DNA of 63,399 nucleotides, the filler included, from Psammoneis japonica (taxonomy: Eukaryota), in assembly GCA_008632985.1 (NCBI GenBank). It is 4 parts of 4 records of this genome, joined end to end, with 100 filler letters (N's around TTAATTAATTAA, not from the genome) between each part and the next. Parts side by side here need not be neighbours in the genome. Positions count along the whole stretch, not along the records: positions 27,212 to 47,312 come from QPGO01000372.1; positions 47,413 to 51,532 come from QPGO01000399.1; 2 more parts are not named here. One strand, written 5' to 3'. Below the pieces are notes generated by a model. The model was given only the letters and a program-made list of their open reading frames with translations, ran no database searches and was not told the DNA's origin. A program made the position numbers and the translations under genes. Shown one piece after another: positions 37,050 through 49,819 of the stretch (positions are counted from its first letter, which is position 1; the number at the start of each line of letters is the position of its first letter).

Positions 37050-39720
37050 CTCCCCTCGAACAGATGCCAGCTTCGGTGGGATCAATTTGACCCTGTGTGC
37101 CCACATTGCCGGCCCTTTCCAGGCCAATTCAAAAAAACTGTGTCTCAGGACGGAAAATCCCGGTTTGTCTGCAAGACGAGCCAATCAGTGGCCCCGCAAC
37201 TGCACTGGGCTTGGGCATTTTGCCCACCACTGGAATTGCGCTCACCACAAAATGTGACGAATTGACTCCCGGAGCCTCGGTCCAGGCATCAACTTGGTGA
37301 GAACATCAGCAAGATTTGTTTTGCCATCCTCCCAAGCAATGCGCGCAATGCCAGCAGCCTGTGCCTCATGCATCCGGTGACAAGCAATGGCGCTGTGCTT
37401 CTTTTTGAGTGTCGACTCGGGCCGCGTCGAGTTCTTGAACACGGCCTCATTGTCACAGAAGACGTCAGTGGAGCCATCGAGGGGAACACCCATCATGCGA
37501 AGCTTGTGTCAAAAGGCATCGATCTGCTCCATGGCAATCTTCATTGCAACGAATTCCGACCCCAAAGTTGAGGATTCCACGGTGTTTTGCCACTTGGAGC
37601 ACCACAAGATTGGGGCCCATTGCATGAACACAATGATCCCTGAATGGGATCGGCGCATCACTCGACAACCAGCATGACCCACGTTGACAAAACATGCAGT
37701 GGCGACACTGTTCCCCCTGGCCTCAGGGGCATCATGAGGGGTGGCTTTGGCTGCCCCAGGATGGCATTCCGGCCAGTCACATTCCTGAAAATGTTGCTGA
37801 TTAAAGGTTGGTTCCGTGTCATCGAACATCATTGCTGACCTGGCGTGTGCCTTCAAACAGGCAAAGATGTGAAACACCTCATCCAGGTGCCCAACCCTTG
37901 GCGCCGCCAAGCAAGAAGACAGAAGAGAGACTGGCGCTGTGGCATCAATGCACCCCAGTTCCACCATCCAATGCAAAACGCCAGTGAGTCCCTGGGAACA
38001 AAACTCAGTGGGGTTGTGACTCTCTTCTTGAGTCCCCGGCCTGCACGGCCGAGTTCAAACTCAATGTTGGCAGTGGCCCGCTTGACATGCAAGTCAGATG
38101 AAAGGGCCCAACGTGTTTTGCCGTCCAAGTCAGACAGTTGGAACTTCTTTGCTTCGGCACCCAGGTGCTCTTCCGGTTCCTAGACGCATCCCTCTTTCAG
38201 CACATGTCTCAAAGCCATGCAGTCCATGAACTTCTGGGGTTCGTGCGAGACAACTGGCAGGTCGTCCACATGTGCAAGTGCGCACCCCCAGTGTTTCAAG
38301 CCACCCGGCTTGGCATTCTTGCGCATCCACACATCGGGGCGAAACCCGCGAGCCTTGGTGCTGCTGCCATTTGTTCCCTGAAAGCAGTGCCGGAGCTCTT
38401 CAGTCCGCACAGGGCCCTGACAATTTCAGTGGGTCAACCAACACTCTGCTTGCCAAATTCCAGGCCAGCAATCATGTGACAGCACTCTTTCGTTGGTGCA
38501 CTCAGACAAGCGTTCTGAGTGTTGGCACACATGACTTCCAAGAGATTCAGAGCTGCCATCGTAAGAGCTGTTCTCATGCCATTGCATGAAACCACACTGG
38601 AGTGAGTCAATTCCTTCGGCGGATCAGCCACGTGGCCTCCGGCCACACATCGCGCTTTCCCAGTCAAGTCCAACTTGACATCAAACACCAAGTGGCACTT
38701 AATTTCCTTGTGTCCCATCTGGTCATCATCGACAAATTCAAAGGCTGGCACTGCATTGCGCATCTCCTTCTCAGCTGCGTTTCCCCGCAGGTCAAGCCCA
38801 GACTGCTCATCCAGTGTCAAGGCCTGCTCCACGGATTTCGGCAGTTCGACACCAAATTTGTGGGTGCGCTTCCAGCGCCTGGTCTTGACTTTCATGACCA
38901 TCCTGGCATGACGATGCAACACATCTTGAACCCACCAGTTGAGCGCTGGCTCGCCAGCCATCTCATTTGCAACAGCGTGCTCCGCGACTTGGACAGGGAA
39001 CGACTCCTTTGCCTCCGACAAAGGGAGCCAACTGGAGCTTCCATCTTTCCACTCAAACTGTGTGTCCCAGCTGATTGTCGTTTGGCGGGGCCTGCGCGCG
39101 CCGCTCTTTGTGACAAAGAAACTGTCATCTTTCTGCACTGTGTGTGCGTCGCTTCGGTGACCTGCAATCTCTTTGACAATTTGGCAAGATCGTCCCTCCC
39201 CATCAACCTGGGAGCAGATGTTCTCAGCAACTAAATTGGCTGTGAAAGTGTCGGCAGATCTGTCAGGGAACTCCACCTCGCAAAGCTGCGAATCCAGGAC
39301 AGGCTTTTTGTGCCACTTCCCTGTCCGATTTCCATCCACACCGCACTTCCTGGCAACAACTTTTGCGTGCTGCAGCTCGCCAGCTCGTGGGAGCTTGAGT
39401 TCTGCCGTTGGACACTTGTCCATTGCCTCTGGCATGAACTCATCTGCTCCTGGATGAGTTGCATCTTCTTTGAATGGCTCTGCGCTGGCGTCTTCCTTGC
39501 CAAACAGGTCTTCGGGTGGTTCTGGAACTTGTCATTCCCTTCCTGACCATCCCCCAGCCCAAGTTTCAGACTGGCATCGAGATGCTCAATCTTTTGCTGA
39601 ATCGCGCTGGTCTTCAAGTCATCCTCAGGCAGAGCCCACACATCCGTCTGAATGACAGGTGTGCCTGATTCAGGCAGGATCACAAACGCCATGTTGTCTG
39701 CACAGTTTTCTGTGACACCT
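37050..39720 (-). mobile_element. Copia pol fragment (integrase C-terminus, RT, RNase H), degenerate
   Basis: WKDGSSSW, HKFGVELPKSV, KARCVAGGH, HVDDL, VFCDNEAV, NLADVLTK..ILW*; purine tract near 37050. Confidence 0.9.
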
Positions 39721-39814
39721 GCATTGTCTCGCTTGAATGTGGAGAACTGTTTTGCACTCACTGTTGCTTTGTTTCTACAAAGTTTGCATCTTTTTCATGT
39801 TCGTCGGAGGCACA

Positions 39815-42800
39815 CTGAAGAACCAGATTTTTTGCATCAAAACAAAGCGTGATGACACACACTTGGACTTGCAGCACTGAACTCTTTCTCCCTTCTTTTC
39901 CCTTTTCCTCTCTTTCCTCTCTTTTCTCTCTTTTCTCTCTTTTCTCCTCTCTTCTCCTCTCCCTCCCCTTCTTTTTTCATTCTGTCAACAACACCAAAAA
40001 ATTGCCTTGTTTTCACCTGTGCCCACCAGCTTTCCAGTCAACAGCTCCCTGCCTGCATTTTGGCACATTTTCCACATGTGCAGGACTCTGCCCATTTCAT
40101 GACAGCACACCCTCTTCCCAGGGTGCATTTGACGAGAGGGTGTGCTGTTGTGATTCCTGTGCATTCTGCGCAAATCGGCAGCTGACTGTTGGCCATGGTG
40201 GCTGATGACTTTGCCCCGTCTGATGACGAGGTCAACCCTGCCCCTTCTTTCCAAATTTCTGAGGGCTGCAATTTTGATGAAATGACGTGTTCCAGCCCCA
40301 GGTGACACACAAAACGACAATCAACTTTGAGTGTAAATTGTGTGTCTTCAAGTGCACGAAGCATTTCAACACAAAATGCTTGAGCGGACTGGCTTTCACA
40401 GGCGCCTGGAGCATGAACATTTGAACAGTTTTTTGTCTGGTGTCAAAGTCCTCGTGGGACATGCATCACAGACTTTCTCAGCAGACTCAGCGCTGATTGT
40501 GCGTCAGCGCATTTTGTGCTGAGAGTGCTTTGCAAGTGGAAAACTTGCCAAGAAGCATCGCAGAAAGACACGCTTGGTTGACACCCAAGTGACGGCAACA
40601 ATTTTGCCGAAAATCACCCGCTGTGTTGCGGCTCGTTTGTCGCAATGAAGGACATTGACAGCACGACAACGACGACTTTGCGACACTCACACAAGTCTTG
40701 TCAGTGTTGCAAAACATTCGAACTTGAACAAATCCATGCTTTTGGTGGTGAAAAACCGCTCGCAAGTCAGAGACCACGCCAAAATCGTGCAAATGTTGTT
40801 TTTGTGCACGACTTGGGTCGCAGGCGGCTGGAACACGTCAAACAGAATGTCTCGCCAATGGCTTTGGATTTGAGCTGTTCCAACCCAAGCTCAAAAGCAC
40901 GGCTGCAACACGCACCTCCAAAAAGCAGTTTTTGGAGTTGACGAATTTGACCCCCTTTCCAGAATTCCTTGCTCTTCCCTTCCTTTGCAACAAGCCGAAG
41001 TCGCGCCATGCTCCGCATGTTGTCGAAGTCATCCGCGCCAATGACGCTGCAAGGAAAACTCTTGGCTGTCCCGACATTTGGCCCTGCATCATGACTCAAG
41101 GTTGGCCCGTTGAGAAATCCCGCCGAGCGAAAGGCGAGCATGTCCTGCGACACAAAAATCTCAAGGAAGCTCTCCATTTCTCCAAAATGTCCGGAGAGAC
41201 AGAAAAAGAGCAGCAGAGCCACGCGCTTCTCCACTGTGACATTGAGGCAATGGCAGAAATGCGAAAATGCGAAAATGCAAAAATGCGAAAATGCGAAAAT
41301 GGCCAGGGTTGGGGTCAGGGTTGGGTTTGGGGTTGGGGTCAGGGTTGGGGTTTGTCTCTGAATCTTTGGCACATGACATCTTTTCTGTCAGCGCGACAAT
41401 GTGTTTTGTGTGTTGGCTTCGCGACAAGGTGCTGTGCCCAGCAAGTGCCCGTCATCAGAGTGCACAATGTTGCGACATCTGCACACATGACAAAAATGCA
41501 TTGCCACACCACAAAATCTGCTTGTCTGCACATGATGGTTTTTGTCATTTGGCTGGTCATTGATCTTCTGCTGTTCTTCATGTTTGAGCACAGGCGCTTT
41601 TTGATTTTTGTGCTCAGCCTTTTTCACAACAGCTGACGATCTTTGACGACAAGCCAAACACTGCAGTTGCACGCAACGAAATTTTCATCATGCAAAGTGC
41701 ACGCCAATCATTCAATCAACAACTGTGCTCCAGCTGGCCTGTTTGTCCGCATCGTCCTCTTCACTCCATGTGTCTTGTCCGCTCTCTTGCAAGAATTTCA
41801 AATGTGCGCGCCGCTGCCACATTGGATGTTTCCTCGTCGCCGTTCCAAAAAAGCCACACTGCACTTCTTGCATTTGGGTGAACATCATCGAGAGGAGGAG
41901 GTCCCTCGAAGCGCAGAATCTTGTCGCTGCTCCCCTCTTGACGTCGTGTCGTCTGCTTCTTTTTCTCTTTCTTCATTTTTCCCGCCCCACTTTTCTCTTC
42001 CTTCTTCGTCTTGGCGCCGCCTGTTTTCACCGTCTCCGGCGTCTTTCCACCCAAATCATTCTTTTTCATCAACCCAGTTGCCGTCGCCTTCATCGTGCGT
42101 CACTTTGTTTTGGACCCATGTTTCTGACTTCTCTCTGTGCTGCCCCCATTTCCAAATGTTTCTTTGTGGTTGTTCGCGCGCATCACTTGAAGACACCCAC
42201 GTGTTCTTCATGCACCTTGCCGCGCATGCAGAAACCCATGTTGTTTCCAGTGCATGCACCCTTTCTCCTGATGCTGTTCCACGCAAAGTTTTCTTCCATC
42301 AATTCTGCACTCCGCACTGCCCTTTCCCGGCGCAATCTCATGCGGGATTTCTCTGGGAGAAGTTGCGCACGCGTCTGGCAGGTTTTTGTGCACAAAACTC
42401 CAAATCCTGCCAGGCGCGCATGCAACTTCTCCCGCGCACCACTCTGGCATGTTTCCACAGAAGCCAGAATTTTGTGACTGACGCGCGACCAATCTGGTGG
42501 ATGCAGCGGCGGACCCACGACCACAACAATCAGAGCATTGGAAGAGGGCCATGTCAGATGAACTCCGTCCATCTGCTGCTGAGGATTTCCGTTGCCGGAT
42601 GATGGAGACAGTTGGCGGTTTTGTCCACGCTGACGCTGCTCGTTGTTTGGAGGAACAGAGAGCAAAGTATGCAAAGGCTGCTGTGTCAAGATTGGCAGAA
42701 GCAATGGCAGAAGCCCGTTGTGCCATTGTGGCTGCAACGACCGCACTTGACAGTGCTTTGTTAAATCAAGCAACAACCACTCGCGAATTTGAGCACATCC

Positions 42801-43310
42801 ATGTGCAGCTCATTGAGTCATCGATCAAGACACACCATTCAGACAACGACTGCATTGTTGCAGTGGAAAATTGCAGCAAACCGGAAATGAGTTTCCAGCG
42901 CTTTCTTCACGGTGACGCGTTTGACGCAAAAGAATTGGGGCTCCCAATCCCCATTGCGGGACATCAAAAATCAGAGTTGAGGCTGCACATGCTGCACAGC
43001 TGTGACTCGACATTGCTTCTGAGAAGCCTCAGGGCAAATTCTGACACAGATGCCAACAGAGTGGTGGAGAGGGAGCAATCTGCGATTGACAGCATCAACA
43101 AATCCATTTTTCATGGCACAGGATGACCAAACTGACCGCGCAAGTGGACACTGCATAGAATCCATGAGGAAGCAATTGCTCTGAAAATGCACACACTGTG
43201 AGTGAATGACAGATGGATGCGCGCATCCCATTTTAAAAACAAACCTGACCAACACTTCCTTCTGTCCTGTGTGGCCCAAACAAACAGGGCCTTTTCTTGC
43301 ACTTCTGCTG
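39815..43310. repeat. Right arm of a large inverted duplication
   Basis: Reverse complement of 32493-36464; lacks the 32679-33232 insertion and carries ~200 extra bp near 41575-41780. Confidence 0.9.
40284..40839. mobile_element. Third copy of the GACGTG-TIR MITE (mirror of 35448-36003)
   Basis: Same TIRs; flanks aaat and aaac. Confidence 0.85.
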
Positions 43311-45240
43311 TGATTCTCTGGAACAATGGGTTCGTCTGCGTCCTCGTCAAGGAAGCATGACTCACACGCGTTTCGTCCCTCGCTGGCCAACAGGAGAAGG
43401 TAGAAAACAAAAGCCATTCCAGCCCAGTGGTGAGAGTTGAGGAAGGTGAGCGACGTTGCTCCTCCTTTGAAGTTGGTTCGCAAAAAGGATGCTTTGCAAG
43501 TTGACTGGTGATTGCTGAAAATCCTTTCCACCATGCTGTCCACCTCACTTGCGGCCACAGGCGTCATGCTGTCTACAAATGAATTGATTGCCCTTTTCAA
43601 GGTGCCGTTTTCAAAGAGATGCATCATGTTGCTTGCTGTTGCAAGGGCAACGCCGCATGGTTGTGTGCCAAAGTTTGCCTCAAAAAGACAGTTGGCAGGT
43701 GCGTTGTGTTGCTCGAGGCAATGCAAGATGCCCAGCCAGTGCTTCCTTTCTTGGTCTGATCTGTTGTCGTCATTGGCCTTGGTTTGCACTTGGTGGAGAT
43801 CCAGTCCTCGGATGAACTCGCATTCAATCCATGGGTCGTCCAGTTTGTTGAAGCCAGCTGGGCAAAAACGACAGCAACGTTGACAACAGTTGTGACCTCC
43901 GCATCGTCCGACGAGACAGCAGACGCTTTTTGCATCTCCTGTGATGAGAACGATCAGCGGGATCATGTGGAGGTGTCACATCTCATCCCCTCGTTGCATG
44001 CATGTTTTCATGCCTCCTTTTCTCATGACTTCCAAAAGTGGCTCCAAAACGACACGCAAGCAAGTGTGGCAGTCTCTCAACGAGCGTCCCTTCTCCGCCT
44101 TGCGACTGTTTGAGAGATTCTTTGCCACAGATGACGACATCTTTTCCAAATCCGGGAGACAACCAACTGGTTTCCAGACACTCTTGTCTGACCATTTGTC
44201 GAAGGCAACATGCACAGAGGTCATGATCGCTGGTTCTCTGCAGCATGATCCCATCCCTTGTGTCCTGCCAGTCTTGTCAAGGTGGATGACATTGCACTCA
44301 AGAAATTGTTTCTCCGGGTCAGTTGTCCATTCTTCGCAACTGCGCCTGCACCACTCACCTGCCAAAAGGCACTTGTCATCTGGTCCCTTTGCTTTGCACT
44401 TCCCAAAAGGATGGTCTGGATTGGCCACATTCTCTCTGCTGCACCACAGGTGAGGATCGAGTGAAAACTGTTCCCAAACCTTTGTCAAATCCCATCTTGG
44501 CACTGACGCTCGTTTTGGCAAACCGGTTTTGAAATTTTTGGTTTCTAGAGTGACAGGAATAGACTCGCTGGGTGGAAGAGGGAAATGCTTGGTTAAGGTG
44601 CGCATCAACTCTTTTCTCCTTGGCAGAACTGCACCAAGCTCAATGTTGCTGTTGCCAGTGTGCCTCTCAATGAAATCAACAATGCAGCCACACAATTCCA
44701 GGGGAGCACCACGTGTGTCCATGAGCTTCTTGCACAACTCTGTGCAAGCTCTGCCAAGATTTGTCAAAGAGGGAGCAGAAGCCAAGGCCTCTTCTGCAGG
44801 AGCATCACACCTGATCCCCAAATGTTGATCCTCATCATTGATGTCCTCTTCCTCCTCCATTGTCATGTCCAAAGCTGCAGCAAAGGATTGACCACCGCCA
44901 ACATCCAAATCATTCATTGCCAAAAGTTCAACTCCTTGCATGCTGTGGTTTGATGAAATGGAGGACATGTCATCCATTCCGTGTGGTGCGTCATCCAGGG
45001 AGGGGAACAAGGGGCTGCTGCTCGGATCACTTGTTGAAGATCTTGGGAATCTGCTGCAAGTTGATCGCCTCGGATGGGATTCATCATCATCAGAGGACAA
45101 AGAGGAAGAGCTGCAGCTTTCTTTGGGTGGCCCCTCTGTTGTGGCAGGAGTGTCGCTTTGATCTGGGATTGGATCTTGGGTTTGCAGCTCTTGGGCAACT
45201 GAGCAACACGTCGGTGAGTGTCTCCAATGGCAGGCCATTC
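43311..45240 (-). mobile_element. Plavaka-like (EnSpm/CACTA-related) transposase pseudogene
   Basis: PFGKC..AGEWC, IHLDKTG, EPAIMT, WKPVGCLPDL, RDCHTCL, ITGDAKS..LVGRCGG..CRFC, MMHLFENG; Tyr positions appear as Cys or His. Confidence 0.65.
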
Positions 45241-45542
45241 ACAAAAAACTTTGGCCACAACCGGGACAGAGAAGAGGGTTTCCGTCCATTGCAAATCAGA
45301 CAATGTTGACAGGGCCTTCATCAAGACTCACACTCGTGTCCTTGTCTTGTGGATGAGAAGGGAAAAAAAGAACAACACGCAAAAAATGGCGGGAAATTGG
45401 CAAACATTGCATTGTCTTCCAGATTGGGATGATTCTCACAGGTGTGACGTGTCTGCATTTTGATTTTTTGTCTGGCATCCACAGCGACATTGCACTTTTT
45501 ATTTGCTGTCAAAATGCAGGATGTCATCTCCGTTGAAACGCA

Positions 45543-46984
45543 ATGACAGCCACATCAAAAAGCAAGTTGGGCTGTTTGTTGCCACACACAAATGTGTTCT
45601 CAAATTTCAGTGTTGCTGACAATGATTTGTGCAATGCCACAGAGAAAAACAGAGTGCCTGGCTGTCTCAACATGACCCAAATGACAGTTGCACTGTCGAA
45701 CAGTGCCACTCCTGTCATTGTTGCCGTGAAAAGATCAAGATGTTGTCTCCAGCACAACCGGCAAAGAAGAGAAAGAAAAATGAGACCATTGAGCCAATGA
45801 GCCCAAGACTTCAGGCAGTGTTGAAGAGAACAGGTGTGCAGGCAGTGCATGGTGCACTGAAATCAGAAGCAGAGAAGGTGGCCAGAAATGATCTCTTTCC
45901 ACAGGTGAAGTTTCTCAGTCCATCAGAATTGGCAAGCAATGGGAGCGTCTCAATGTTTGTGAAGAAACAGATTGCTGGTGGCAACATGGACACTTCAAAT
46001 TGGTCAGGAACTTGGGAGGAATGGGCAAAAAAGGCGGTGAAAAGGCAAATTGACAATTGCAGAAACACGGTGTGATCGGCCATTGGGGCGGAGGCAATGG
46101 CCCACAAGTCAAGTGACCAACATGTGTGATTCGAGAGTTGCGCGCTTCTCACAAGAAGATGACGGCGATGCTTTGTTTGCACAGGCGTTGTCACTGAGGA
46201 AGAGGGAAAGGAAAAAGAAAAGAAACTCAAGGCGGCAGACAGGAGGAAAAAGAGGAAAAAGTCAAGTTGTGACAAGAATGAAGAGAATGACATCCCGTTT
46301 GTGCCGACATGGGATCCGTTTGGCCCAGACACCATCGCCGGCGGCAAACAAAGGAACAAGCAGGCACGCAAGTGGTTCTGTGATCACATCCTGCCTCAAA
46401 CCAAGCAAAAGCAGGCATGGAGTGGCGCCATCAAAACTGGGAACGCACAGGTCTCACAGTTGTTTTTTGTCAGTGACGAAGCTTTGGCGCTGTCAGCCAT
46501 GGAGGCAGTGAAAGAATTGGGTGAGGAAATGGAGCCCGAAGAAACAAGGCCTGCCCCTTGGCACATGAAGCCAAAGAAACAATGAGTGTCTTGGGGAGAC
46601 AGCGGAATCAATCGGTCCAACGATTTGTGCAAAGAGGTGACGGAAGACAGAGACTCCAAGGAGGGCAAGGAGTTTGAAAAGTGGTGTGCGGAGATCAAGA
46701 AAAGCGAGTGCGAGAAGTCCAGAGAAGCAAAAAAGAAGAAAAAGAAAGCACCGACCGGTGATGCAGACAAGGTGAAGGCAATGAACAGCCTGATGGTGGA
46801 GAGCAGCAGGGACGACAATGGCGACGATGATGAGCAGGAGGAAGGTGCAAAAGGCAAAATGGACAACGGAGGAGACGAGTCTGATGATGATTGTCAGCTT
46901 GGTTCAAGAGAGTTGCAGCAAGAAAATGTGTGCACAGCCAACATGGCACTCGGTCATTGCACTGCAGATGTGACAAGGGATTGA
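45543..46984 (+). pseudogene. Accessory ORF of the DNA transposon, divergent from the transposase
   Basis: Fragments LFPQVKFL, WFCDHILP, SDEALAL, WGDSGINRSNDLC with a Lys/acidic tail; partly duplicated at 30451-31325. Confidence 0.45.
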
Positions 46985-47312
46985 CCCAACCGATGAAATG
47001 CTTTTCTCGTTTAAAATGATGTTTGCAAAAATTGACAAACCAAGGATTGTGTGGAAATGCAGTCGTGCACTGGCACATGGCAACAAGGTGGAGGCAGATG
47101 CAGCGATGTGGACACAGTGAAAAATGGCATGCACAATTCTCAGCAAGTTGTTGCAACATTGGTGCAGCAAACTTGCAACCAGAGGTTGGCCTTTCATTGC
47201 ACAACAACAATGTTTTGCAACATTTTGTCAAATTGTCATCATGCAAATCTACACATTTTTGACATTTTGTGCACTCTGATGATCAAAGTGCTGCGGCGCT
47301 GTCTCAAGCTCA

Positions 47313-47412
47313 NNNNNNNNNNNNNNNNNNNNNNNNNNNNNNNNNNNNNNNNNNNNTTAATTAATTAANNNNNNNNNNNNNNNNNNNNNNNNNNNNNNNN
47401 NNNNNNNNNNNN
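47313..47412. other. Artificial contig linker
   Basis: N...TTAATTAATTAA...N. Confidence 0.95.
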
Positions 47413-48629
47413 GGCGGGGCACCCCATCCAATTTCTTCATTGCTGGATGCTGTGGCGATGCATTGCTGTGGCTGTCACTTGATTGGAGCTGACTGTGCTT
47501 GGGGTTTGTGACAAAATCTGTTGAATGGACAGCCCGGTTTGAAATCCTTTTGCAAAGTTCCTTGGACAAATGAGCGCAGGAGGAGCCGTTGGATCTTGCC
47601 GTGAAAATTCTCGCACAATTCTGCAATGCGTGAGAACCCAATGGCGCGCCGCATGGCTTGCATTTGTGACAAAGAACAAGTTCAACAATCTGTCAACACA
47701 CCATTTTTTTCAACGCAACCTGTCGAGCTTCTGCTCATTTTACATTTTGTGCTGTCAATCACGGCGTTGTTCACCAGATTGACTGGCGTCGTCATTGTTT
47801 GACAAAAGCCGTCACAAATGGGATGCAAACGCTCCATGGCGTGTTGCCTGTTTTTTTTGCATTGTTCAATTGATGACTTGCGCATCTGGTGTGTGGCTCC
47901 GCACTTGCTGGCGTGCAGAACACGCACAAATGCATGAGAGGGGAAGCGCGGGGAATTGCCAATGCTTTGTTTTTTGTTCGTGTGTTGAGCACACATGTGA
48001 CGAAGGGCAGTTTGTGGCAACTCCCTGGGAGCTCACCCTTTCCTCAGAACAACAGGGCAAAAGGTGGCAATCCCGGGGAATTTTGTTCAAAAACACGGCA
48101 AAACCAAACTGAGATGCGCTCCATGTTCTTGAAGACTTTTGCTCTGCACTTGACCTTCACTGAGGTGGATTTGGCTTGAAGTGTGCAGGAGATCACATGT
48201 CAATGTGTTGGCCAAACAGTGCATTCCGGGGTTTCCCAAGTGTTCCCACCGTGGACAGAAGCTCTTTTTCCATTGTGACGTGAACACCAAATTTCAGGCA
48301 TGATGGTGGCGCAGTTTTTGACATGATGCACTTCATGGTTTTGCAGATTTTTGTTCCGCACTTGACCTTCATTGAGGTGGATTTGGCTTGAAGTGTGCAG
48401 GAGATCATTGAGGCTGCATGTCTTGACATCAGCGACGTGTGTTGAGACAAGATCGGCGGGTTGGCAGGTTGGTGGGTCGGCAGGTCGGCGGTCGCCCCAT
48501 CCAATTTCTTCATTGCTGGATGCCGCGGCGATGCATTGCTGTGGCTGATGGGCTCCAGTCCTGGGTGGGACTTTTTGTGACACTGGGCCCGCGGAGTGCG
48601 AGCTCCGTGTTGCTAGAATCCAATCAATG

Positions 48630-48915
48630 GACATTGTGTCTTCAACATCAAATGAACAGCCAAGTTTGTGGCACAATTGTGGCCATCGCTGCTTGACATT
48701 TTTGGCAGTCTGCCTGCCCTGCGCCATTCTTGAGACATTCGCAAATGGCGCAAAGGCAAAAAATGTCAAAAGTTGTTGGATGGATTGCTCAACAAGTGTG
48801 CCACAAAATGACACAAAATTTCAGAAAAGCCACGCTCCTTTCTGCGTGTGCAACATGCGGTGCGATCCAAAAATCTGTCAATGTCACAGTTCAGCAGCAC
48901 AAGGTCCGACCTGCT
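48630..48915 (+). repeat. Dispersed non-coding repeat, related to 61890-62170
   Basis: Shared blocks such as aaaaaatgtcaaaagttgttggatggattgctcaacaagtg and atgtcacagttcagcag. Confidence 0.75.
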
Positions 48916-49819
48916 NNNNNNNNNNNNNNNNNNNNNNNNNNNNNNNNNNNNNNNNNNNNNNNNNNNNNNNNNNNNNNNNNNNNNNNNNNNNNNNNNNNNN
49001 NNNNNNNNNNNNNNNNNNNNNNNNNNNNNNNNNNNNNNNNNNNNNNNNNNNNNNNNNNNNNNNNNNNNNNNNNNNNNNNNNNTGAAATTGTTTCATGCTT
49101 CCCGTTTTGCGCAGCCTCGGGCTTTCTATTTTCAAAATTTGTGACAATGAAAATGCACTGGGCATGTTCTTCAATGTCTGCAGAACACACCCATGCAAAC
49201 TGTCGCTCCTGTGCCAAGAGTGTGAAGGAGGAGATGTGCTCGTAAAATTGCCTCTTTTGGCAGGTTGGCTTGTCAATTGCACCAAAAACACCCAACAATG
49301 ACGGTCTGAGGATTGGCTCCTGTCACCAGGACTGCCAGCACGCCAGGTCATCCTCCGGGTCACTTTCCTTGAATGGCACTGTGGGACGTGGGATGATGCA
49401 AACAGAAATGTGCAAAAACATTTAAATCTGCACTGTCCGAATCAAAGACTGCGCATTTTTTAATGTTCCACAAAGCAACTGAAAATCTTGTGTGACGGCA
49501 ACAAGGCACTGTGAGCAACAAAAAGGGCCAACTTCGAGCAAATCCAGCTGCCAAATGGGCTCAGCCACTCACAGTCTTAGTGCGACAGCGCGAATGCAAC
49601 CAACAAGATGCTTCTGGGCCTGTTGCAACTTCAACAGATGCAACAAGTGAAAACCATTCTGTGGTTGTCGGCATTTTGGTCCGCACACCAGTCACAGTTT
49701 CCCCACCTCACCTCCTGGAGCACACCAGACAGTCCCTGATGCATCGGATTTTGCTCGGTCCCCTCAAAATGTGCCCAACTCGTGCGGCACAATTTGACCC
49801 AATGCTGTGTCAGTGTTCT

